Origin: Nitrospinaceae bacterium | GTDB taxonomy: Bacteria; Nitrospinota; Nitrospinia; Nitrospinales; VA-1 | Length of the DNA: 48,219 nucleotides | Assembly: GCA_046754465.1 (NCBI GenBank) | Contig: JBHHVU010000020.1 | Coordinates: forward strand, 1 to 48,219 | Direction of reading: 5' to 3' | Shown here: one piece after another, positions 41,293-48,219 of the stretch | How the letters are laid out: the number at the start of each line of letters is the position of its first letter | How positions within the stretch are numbered: the first letter of the stretch is position 1 | Notes under the pieces: model-generated | What the model was told of the DNA's origin: nothing | Seen by the model: only the letters and a program-made list of their open reading frames with translations | Databases searched by the model: none | Made by a program: the position numbers and the translations under genes

Positions 41293-41715
41293 TCAAACGT
41301 TTGGCATTGGGGTGTTCCCCATTTTTAAAATAATCTGAAATTCCTTTTTCGTGACAGGCAATACCGACAAGCGGGATTGTTTGACCAAGGCGATGGATTG
41401 CAATGCGGGATGTCCCTTGATATCCTCCAGGGTGACGGGATTTTTCATGGGAACGGCCAGTTTCAGGTTGACTACGACCCAGCGCGGGTCCTCCGTGGTA
41501 GGGTCCGCGTAAGCCTCTCGGCTGACTTTGGCAATACCCTTGATCTCTTTTCCTGTGACGCTGTGATAAAATAAAACGAGGTCCCCAATTTTCATGGCCC
41601 GAAGGTTGTTCCGGGCTTGGTAGTTTCGTACTCCGTCCCAATAGGTCTCGCGGTCCTGCACAAATTGTTCCCAGTTATATTTGGAAGGTTCTTGTTTAAC
41701 AAGCCAGTAATTCAT
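41293..41715 (-). CDS. EVE domain protein
   Basis: YWLVKQEP, WDGVRNYQARNNL, GDLVLFYHS and RLSVLPV motifs. Confidence 0.95.
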   Translation of the reverse strand: MNYWLVKQEPSKYNWEQFVQDRETYWDGVRNYQARNNLRAMKIGDLVLFYHSVTGKEIKGIAKVSREAYADPTTEDPRWVVVNLKLAVPMKNPVTLEDIKGHPALQSIALVKQSRLSVLPVTKKEFQIILKMGNTPMPNV

Positions 41716-41853
41716 GGATTCTCCCTTCGAGAAAAAACCTTAACCATAGTTAAATGAATAAGTTATTGATCGTTCCCCCGCTTTTGAGGTGCCCCGTTGC
41801 CATGGGGTCTCCCTCAATCGATTATAATTAATTCGGATTTTTTAAATATCTAT

Positions 41854-41882
41854 TTGACCAAAAGATATAATCCAAATATAAT
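41854..41882 (+). promoter_or_regulatory. Sigma70 promoter of the aldolase operon
   Basis: TTGACC-N17-TATAAT. Confidence 0.7.
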
Positions 41883-41966
41883 CAATAAAATCAATCCTTT
41901 TATTCTCAGAAGACGGCTTCCGGTTCTTTGGTTCCGGATAATTGTTTTCCTTTGGAGTCAAGTGGC

Positions 41967-42917
41967 ATGTATCGCGAACAAATCAAAGTTTTAGATTGCA
42001 CGATCCGCGATGGCGGATTGATGAATAATCATCAATTCGATGATGATATGGTGCGCCGGGTTTTCCAGGCGGTGAACCAATCGGGGGTGGATTTCATCGA
42101 ACTGGGTTACAAAGCCGATGAAAATCAATTCAACCGCAAAGAATATGGGCCCATGAAATTTTGCAGCGAAAAAGATCTGGAACGCATTGTGGGCAATACC
42201 GAAAAAAAGTGCAAGATTTCTGTGATGGCCGACTTGGGACGGTGCAATCCGGACGATATCATTCCTTGCAGTGAAAGTTATGTCGACCTGATGCGCGTGG
42301 CGACTTATGTCAAGGATATTGATAAAGCCATCAATCTGGTAAACATCATCAAGGGCAAGGGCTATATGGTGACGATCAATATTATGGCGGTGTCCCATGC
42401 CCGCGAACATGAATTGGAAGAGGCGCTCGAGCAGGTGGAAAGGGAAAGCGGAGTGGATGTGGTGTATCTGGTTGACAGTTTCGGAGCCTTGTATTCGGAA
42501 CAGATCGCTTTTCTGGCCCAGAAATACAAACGGATTCTGAAGACCCGGGAGATCGGAATCCACGCACACAATAATCAACAATTGGCGTTCGCCAATACGA
42601 TTGAGGCCATCATTCAAAATATAAATTACCTCGATGGCACCATCTTCGGCATTGGCCGTGCCGCGGGAAATTGTCCCCTGGAACTGCTTTTGGGGTTTTT
42701 GAAAAATCCCAAGTTTGATGTGCGTCCCATTCTTGAAGTTCTGGAATCGGACTTCATCAAGCTGCGAAACGAGATTGAATGGGGATACACCATTCCCTAC
42801 ATGATCACCGGCATGCTGGATCATCATCCCCGCGCGGCCATGAAAATACGGAATTCGGACATGAAGGACCATTATCTGGCCTTTTTTGATAAACTGACTT
42901 CCGAAGCCGACATTTGA
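41967..42917 (+). CDS. DRE-TIM/HMGL-like aldolase (4-hydroxy-2-oxovalerate aldolase-like)
   Basis: LDCTIRDGG, YLVDSFG, HAHNNQQLAFAN and GRAAGNCPLE motifs. Confidence 0.88.
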   Translation: MYREQIKVLDCTIRDGGLMNNHQFDDDMVRRVFQAVNQSGVDFIELGYKADENQFNRKEYGPMKFCSEKDLERIVGNTEKKCKISVMADLGRCNPDDIIPCSESYVDLMRVATYVKDIDKAINLVNIIKGKGYMVTINIMAVSHAREHELEEALEQVERESGVDVVYLVDSFGALYSEQIAFLAQKYKRILKTREIGIHAHNNQQLAFANTIEAIIQNINYLDGTIFGIGRAAGNCPLELLLGFLKNPKFDVRPILEVLESDFIKLRNEIEWGYTIPYMITGMLDHHPRAAMKIRNSDMKDHYLAFFDKLTSEADI

Positions 42918-43582
42918 CTGGATTCATGTCCGACTCCCGTTTTAATCTTCCCCGATTCGAAGAGGAACCGGTTATAGGAATCATCCGCGGAATGACGGAA
43001 GAGGCTCTTCCCGGCGTGATGGAAGCGCTGGCCGCCGGGGGTCTCCGGTTTGTCGAGATAACTTTCAATACCCCCAATGCCCCCGCGCTTATCGAGAAGA
43101 CGGCCAGGGACTATACCGGTAGCCTGTGCCTGGGCGCGGGGACCGTTTTGTCGCTTCAGGACGCCGAAACGGCCGTCGCCGCGGGCGCCGGATTCCTAGT
43201 CGCTCCCACCTTGAACGATGAAGTGGCCGCTTTTTGCCGCGAACGGCAACTTCCCTATTTTCCGGGTGCACTGACCCCCACGGAAATCGAGAGGGCTTGG
43301 AACGCGGGCGCGTCCATGGTCAAGATTTTTCCTGCCTCCGAAATGGGCCCGGCTTATTTCCGGATGGTGAAGGGGCCTTTCCAGAACATCCGGTTGATGG
43401 CTGTTGGCGGCGTCCATTCCAAAAATCTTTCCGAATATCTGGCTGCCGGGGCTTCGGCGGTGGCTCTTGGAGGATCCATCATTTCCCCCGCCAGAATGCA
43501 AAAAAAACAGTTTGATTTGATTCGAAACGGAATCCAGGAATTTTTGTTGGCAGTCAGGAATTTTTACTCTAATATAGCTTGA
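42914..43582 (+). CDS. eda: KDPG/KHG aldolase
   Basis: VEITFNTP, GAGTVL, PGALTPTEI, VKIFPA and MAVGGV motifs. TTG start overlaps the upstream stop (alternative ATG 42926). Confidence 0.92.
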   Translation: MTGFMSDSRFNLPRFEEEPVIGIIRGMTEEALPGVMEALAAGGLRFVEITFNTPNAPALIEKTARDYTGSLCLGAGTVLSLQDAETAVAAGAGFLVAPTLNDEVAAFCRERQLPYFPGALTPTEIERAWNAGASMVKIFPASEMGPAYFRMVKGPFQNIRLMAVGGVHSKNLSEYLAAGASAVALGGSIISPARMQKKQFDLIRNGIQEFLLAVRNFYSNIA

Positions 43583-43626
43583 ATCAGGAGCAGACCGTTG
43601 CTGGTTTTCTGGGAGGAGGATGAATT

Positions 43627-43890
43627 ATGCCATTCGATTTTATGAAAAATTTCATGATGTTTGAAAACGACGAACGGTTTGCCAGGATCTGCGAATCGAT
43701 CGAGGAAACCATCCGGGAAGCCGACAGCAGCGATGAAAAAATTTCTGATATGGAATTGATGCAGGCCTTGGATTTCGTGGGCTTCAGTTTGTTCCGGGAT
43801 GATTGGGAAGAGTTTAAAAAAATGGAATTGCACCGGGACCTCGGCACCTGCGATCCTTCAAAAAACAGGGGTAAGGGTTTCATCCACTGA
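43627..43890 (+). CDS. Hypothetical acidic protein
   Basis: 87-aa ORF with a strong GGAGGAGG RBS. Confidence 0.7.
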   Translation: MPFDFMKNFMMFENDERFARICESIEETIREADSSDEKISDMELMQALDFVGFSLFRDDWEEFKKMELHRDLGTCDPSKNRGKGFIH

Positions 43891-43958
43891 GACCTCGGGT
43901 AAATTCCTTACTTCCATCGCCCCTTCCTGGTTGGGGTCCCCTCCCGGTCAGCCTCCAT

Positions 43959-45533
43959 TCAATTCTGTGAATATTTTTCAAACTCCCCGATGCGCTCCAT
44001 CAAGTGATGCATCTTTTTGTCCAGGGTAGTGATGTGTCGGCCGATCTCCTCGATTTCCTTTTTTTCCCGGGTCATATAAATCATCTTGCATTTTTCCAGG
44101 TGGTTGTTGATATGCTCGATCATATTGTGAATTTCCAGGCTTTCGCTTGAAAGGTCATCCGCGGTTTCCTGGATATTAATGAGCATGTCGGTTTCCAATT
44201 CATCAGGGATGCGCGCCTTCCTTCGCCACCGCAATTGGGCACGGTAAATTGAAACCAGAATCCCGGAGACCACGAGCAGGACGAGGCCCAGCGTGGCAAG
44301 ATCGACCAACAGATAAAAATAGGAACCGAAAAATCTTCCGGTATGAATTTCAGTGATCAGTTTCACCAGGTCCATTTTCATGTCTTCCGGCGGTATCCGG
44401 TTGGCAGAACCCGATACATCCTGAACCGTCCAATGACGGCCCGAATCCCGGGAAAGAAACAGGCCGCCGGTGGTTCCCACCAGAAGCAGGGGGGAAGTTC
44501 CAGCCGTTTCCAGGATGCTCGTGATCCGGAGTTCCCGGGACGATTCCGCCCGGCTCCGGGCTCGCCTCACGAAGCCCATATTCTCCCAGGAATCCCCGCC
44601 GTCCCTGGACTGATATAAGTCACTTCCCGATGCAAGATAGACATGTGAAATGTTCCGGAGATTCACGAATAGAGATTGAATCCGGGTAAATCCTTTTTGC
44701 CGGTCCTTGACCCAGGTGCGCCCCTTATTGAAGGATTTATAAAGTCCCTTCCCCGTGCCGGCATATAGAAACTCCGGGTCGGTGTTCAAGGACACCAGGC
44801 TGAGAATTTCAGGCACGGAACTTTCCCAGACTTTTTCCCATTTGCCCCCTCCGTCGATGCTTCGATAATTCCCTTTTCCGGTGCTTATATAAAGGGTTTC
44901 TGGCCGGGCAGCGGAAATCCGGACGAGCTTGACTTGTTTGCTTTCCGCGTAAACCCCGCCCGCAAAGGATAGTTCCCATGATTCTCCCCCGTCTTCCGAC
45001 CGGTAAAGTCCCCCCTGGGTCGCGGCATAGATTCTTTCCGGGTCTCGCGGGTGGATAGCCAGGCCGTTGACCTCCGTATTATCCAGACCCGATGCCGCTT
45101 CGAACCAGTCTGTCCAATGCGCTCCCCCTTCTTCCGATTTGAATACCCCGCGGGAGGTTCCCGCATAAATAACGTTTTCTTGTCCAGGAGCCACGGCGAG
45201 GGATCGGATGTCCTGGCTGAACAATCCCTCCTTGCTCTCGGTCCATGTTTTGCCCCCATCCCCGGAACGATAAAGCCCCCGTTCGGTTCCGGCGAATATC
45301 AGGGGAGAGGGGTTCTCCATCACGGCCAGCGCCTGAATGGCGGCCCGGTTGGTAGCGACCTGAAAATATTTTTGAGGGATATACTTGCCGCTGACTTGCA
45401 CATCGTTCAGTCCCCAGGATTCATAATGCATGAGAATGACGCCGGTGACGGAAAGGATGAGGAAAAAAATAGCGCCCACCAGTCCGATCCATTTGTGCAG
45501 TTGACGGGTATTTTTAAACAGCCGGATATTCAA
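43959..45533 (-). CDS. PepSY-associated TM protein with Asp-box beta-propeller and His-rich C-terminal tail
   Basis: RQLHKWIGL...SVTG (PepSY_TM start). Seven SxDGGxxW-type Asp boxes. EIHTGRFFG followed by a TM helix. TTG start overlaps the TGA of the FTR1 gene. Confidence 0.85.
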   Translation of the reverse strand: MNIRLFKNTRQLHKWIGLVGAIFFLILSVTGVILMHYESWGLNDVQVSGKYIPQKYFQVATNRAAIQALAVMENPSPLIFAGTERGLYRSGDGGKTWTESKEGLFSQDIRSLAVAPGQENVIYAGTSRGVFKSEEGGAHWTDWFEAASGLDNTEVNGLAIHPRDPERIYAATQGGLYRSEDGGESWELSFAGGVYAESKQVKLVRISAARPETLYISTGKGNYRSIDGGGKWEKVWESSVPEILSLVSLNTDPEFLYAGTGKGLYKSFNKGRTWVKDRQKGFTRIQSLFVNLRNISHVYLASGSDLYQSRDGGDSWENMGFVRRARSRAESSRELRITSILETAGTSPLLLVGTTGGLFLSRDSGRHWTVQDVSGSANRIPPEDMKMDLVKLITEIHTGRFFGSYFYLLVDLATLGLVLLVVSGILVSIYRAQLRWRRKARIPDELETDMLINIQETADDLSSESLEIHNMIEHINNHLEKCKMIYMTREKKEIEEIGRHITTLDKKMHHLMERIGEFEKYSQN

Positions 45534-47647
45534 GATAGACCTTTCTTTTCTTCCACCGAAAACCCCTTTCGGCCCAACCGCTCGTATTCGTCCTGAAGCT
45601 GGTTTTCCATGAACGCCACATGATCAAAAAGCTCGTGCACCTTGGTGTCGATTTCCCTCAGGTGATCGGAAAGTTCCTTCAAGTCCTGGTCCCGGGTGTC
45701 TTTCAAAAAGATTTCGCACCGCTTGGCATGGTGCGAGATATGTTCCACCAGGTCGTGAACGGCGGAGATGTCTTTTTGGATGTTGGATGTTTCTTGTTTC
45801 AAGTGCTGGGTTTCGACCTCGGGTTTGATCCCGAAGGTGTACACCAGGGCAAAAATATAGGCGGCTGCCAGGAGAGCCTGGCCGGCAAAGGTTTCCCAGG
45901 TAGGATAGACCCCCATCCAGGAAATTTCAGGGATGAAATGAGCGGGGGTCATGGAAAGCTGGCTGCCCATTTGCAGTTCGTGCAGGCCCTTGCCCATGAA
46001 GGTGAAGGCCATGTAATAAAGAAAAATACTGGTGACCGCAAAAAACCACTTGATCGGTATCCTCACCCCCAGACGATTGAACAGATAATAAATGACGGCC
46101 AACAAAACGCAGCCGGCCAGAAAACCCGGAAGGATCCCCTGTGTTCCGGCCCCGGCGTATAAATATAGGGCTTTGTAAAAAAGCACAGTTTCGAATCCTT
46201 CCCGGTAAACCGATAAGAAGGCCACTCCTCCCAGCGCCAGGACACTGCCCGTGGAAATCGCGGATTTCATTTTTCCGGTGATGTAGGACTGCCATTTTTC
46301 CGCCTCGATCTTCGATACCAGCCAGTAACTCACCCAGAACAGGACTACCACCGCCACCAGCATGATCCAGCCTTCCATCAGTTCCTGGCTGGCAACGGTG
46401 ATGTTAAAAACCTCGTGCAGGAGATACGCAGTCAGGAAACTTCCAGCGATCCCGATCAACACCCCGGCGTAAATGGATTTCAGTTTGTCCTGATTGCGGG
46501 ATTTTTTCATGAAGGCGATCAGGGCGGCGATGATAAGGATCGCCTCGAACCCCTCTCGAACAATGATCGAAAAGGATTGAATGAAGAGTCCGGCGAACCC
46601 CAATTCCTCCTTCAGCGTTTCGAGAGCCCTGGTGAGATCCTGATTGATGGCCGAATAAATTTTTTCAACGTGGGAGAGGGGTGCGCCTCTCTTGATTTCG
46701 GCGTGGTATCTGCCAAAAGTGGATTCGAGTTTCAAACCCAGTTTTTTCCGTTTGCTGATCAGGCCGGACTCAATTTTTTCGTATGTAAGGTAGGCATCGA
46801 AAGCGAGGTCGGCGGCTTTATCAATGTCGCCTTTCTTATAAGCATCCAGGCTTTTGTCCAGGAGGCCTCGGGTTTCCGCAACGACTTTTTCCGCGATCTT
46901 ACCCCCAGCGGCTCCATCCGCGGCCGCTCCCGCCACCAGGGGAAGCTGCACATTTTTATTGGAAAAAGTGCGGATGTAGTAAGTGACGTCCCACAGGTCC
47001 GCCTCCGAGAGCGTATCGGCCCATCCCACCATGGCCGTGTTGGCGATTCCCACGCTAATCACCTGAAAATTGTCGTAGGCCTTGGTATTGTTGTCCCCGG
47101 TAATGTTGGGGTCGGCCAGAACCGCCGGAGGCGGATCGAATTGGGACGCGATCGGTCCGTTTCCCTTGCCGGAAAGCCCATGACAAACCGAGCAGCTGTT
47201 TTCGAATACCTTCCTGCCGTTCTCCAGGGAAACTGGTGTTGCGGGAGCTTTATGGATCTCAATGCCGTAAAGATTCATTAATTGAGTGGTGATCAAATTG
47301 ATCGCTGGCCGAACTTCACTGGGGTCCACCTTGGATTTAAGATTCCTGGTCAGTTCGGTAAACCGGTTTTGCAGTATTTCGATTTCCTGAATGTTTCCGG
47401 GGGGGGGCGGAAGGAATTTGAACCGGCCAAAGGCCTGCTCGAGAAAAACCTGGCTTTCCTCATATTCCACCGCATTGATAATTTCCCCTTGGGCAATTCC
47501 CTCCTTGTACTCCCTGGCCACAATGTTCAGCATCATTATGATTTTTTTGACTTTGGCTTCCAGGGATTCGGAAGCGCCCAGGGCGGGGGTAATATTCCAT
47601 TGGCAAAAAATTAATATCAATAGGAATAGGATCGGTAATCTTCTCAT
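45530..47647 (-). CDS. Cytochrome c / FTR1 family iron permease (PbrT-like) with His-rich C-terminal tail
   Basis: Signal peptide, EYEE motif, CSVCH heme c site, two REGFE motifs and about 7 TM helices. Confidence 0.93.
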   Translation of the reverse strand: MRRLPILFLLILIFCQWNITPALGASESLEAKVKKIIMMLNIVAREYKEGIAQGEIINAVEYEESQVFLEQAFGRFKFLPPPPGNIQEIEILQNRFTELTRNLKSKVDPSEVRPAINLITTQLMNLYGIEIHKAPATPVSLENGRKVFENSCSVCHGLSGKGNGPIASQFDPPPAVLADPNITGDNNTKAYDNFQVISVGIANTAMVGWADTLSEADLWDVTYYIRTFSNKNVQLPLVAGAAADGAAGGKIAEKVVAETRGLLDKSLDAYKKGDIDKAADLAFDAYLTYEKIESGLISKRKKLGLKLESTFGRYHAEIKRGAPLSHVEKIYSAINQDLTRALETLKEELGFAGLFIQSFSIIVREGFEAILIIAALIAFMKKSRNQDKLKSIYAGVLIGIAGSFLTAYLLHEVFNITVASQELMEGWIMLVAVVVLFWVSYWLVSKIEAEKWQSYITGKMKSAISTGSVLALGGVAFLSVYREGFETVLFYKALYLYAGAGTQGILPGFLAGCVLLAVIYYLFNRLGVRIPIKWFFAVTSIFLYYMAFTFMGKGLHELQMGSQLSMTPAHFIPEISWMGVYPTWETFAGQALLAAAYIFALVYTFGIKPEVETQHLKQETSNIQKDISAVHDLVEHISHHAKRCEIFLKDTRDQDLKELSDHLREIDTKVHELFDHVAFMENQLQDEYERLGRKGFSVEEKKGLS

Positions 47648-47771
47648 ATTGGGTGACTCTAATGGTAATTAGGGGGCGAAATTAATTTAAACGAAAGTAA
47701 ATCAATAAGTAAATGGAAAAATGGGCGGAATGCGGGGTGTTTCCTGTCACCATGAATCCCTATATAATAAT

Positions 47772-47790
47772 AATGAAAATTGTTCTCAAT
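47772..47790. promoter_or_regulatory. Putative Fur box
   Basis: AATGAAAATTGTTCTCAAT, a 7-1-7 TGAAAAT-t-GTTCTCA site overlapping the -10/+1 region of the FTR1 promoter. Confidence 0.75.
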
Positions 47791-47817
47791 ATTAATTCAT
47801 ACAATAACTTTTGTCAA
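47789..47817 (-). promoter_or_regulatory. Sigma70 promoter of the FTR1 operon
   Basis: Minus strand TTGACA-N17-TAATAT. Confidence 0.7.
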
Positions 47818-47881
47818 TATATTAAGGAGACCTTTTATAAATAGATATTCCTTAGTATTTGGAATATTTGAAAAAGAAACG

Positions 47882-48219
47882 CGGATTCAACTCGTAAATG
47901 CAATTTGGAGACGTATTAAGAGGCCAACTGGGGCAGTATCCTCAGCGTTTCTTAAACCGCCAAATCCAAGGAGCGCTTAGGGGACGTTACATCCAGTTGA
48001 CCCAGGAATAAAGATACCAGATTCACTCCGATATGAAAGCCGGATTTAGACAAAAAGAGTTTGCCATGATAATCGGGATGCATCCTTCTACCATCAGCCG
48101 GGAAATCCAGAGAAATAGAGGGCAGAGGGGATACCGTCTGATCCAGGCTCATCAAAAATCTCTCGACCGGAGGTCGGCCAATCCTCAAGCCCGTATCCCC
48201 TATTCTACCTGGAGCCTAG
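47882..48219 (+). mobile_element. Decayed IS30-family element (left end plus transposase N-terminus), truncated by window end
   Basis: Candidate left end cggattcaactcgtaaatgcaa, AAGGAG RBS, then an IS30-type HTH reading frame. Confidence 0.8.
47979..48219 (+). pseudogene. IS30 transposase pseudogene
   Basis: Frame reads GRYIQLTQE*RYQIHSDMKAGFRQKEFAMIIGMHPSTISREIQRNRGQRGYRLIQAHQKSLDRR. AGG sits at the expected ATG position (47979) and there is an in-frame TAA at 48009-48011. This frame is missing from the ORF track. Confidence 0.85.

Noticed and set aside
47952..48188. 78-aa minus-strand ORF
   Set aside because: It is the antisense shadow of the IS30 transposase pseudogene.

Overview
This is mostly core chromosome from a bacterium that resembles nitrite oxidisers of the Nitrospinota. 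That placement is inferred from the CydA-like (bd-like) oxidase plus diheme cytochrome c pair and is not tested. The window opens in the trailer end of a type I-C-like CRISPR array followed by a nested GC palindrome. It then runs through housekeeping genes: bolA, rlmN, acs, fur, hisS, fbp, typA, xerD, the yceD-rpmF-plsX-fabH-fabD-fabG-acpP-fabF-rnc cluster, hspQ, mgtE, an HD-GYP protein and eda. It ends with a putative Fur-repressed two-gene iron-uptake operon and a decayed IS30 element. The best candidate for an undescribed system is that operon. A cytochrome c/FTR1 permease and a translationally coupled PepSY-TM/Asp-box beta-propeller protein both end in the same ungapped His/Cys/Glu/Asp-rich helical tail (H-x3-E-H-I-x2-H-x3-C-x13-E-x3-H-x4-D-x-K-x-H-x-L). 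Other oddities are a divergent FabI-like SDR, a lipoyl-fold protein lacking its lysine, an orphan HEPN protein with a broken motif, a pilin-like lipoprotein/membrane fusion and an archaeal/eukaryote-style ITPase. All calls come from reading motifs by eye; no database searches were run.
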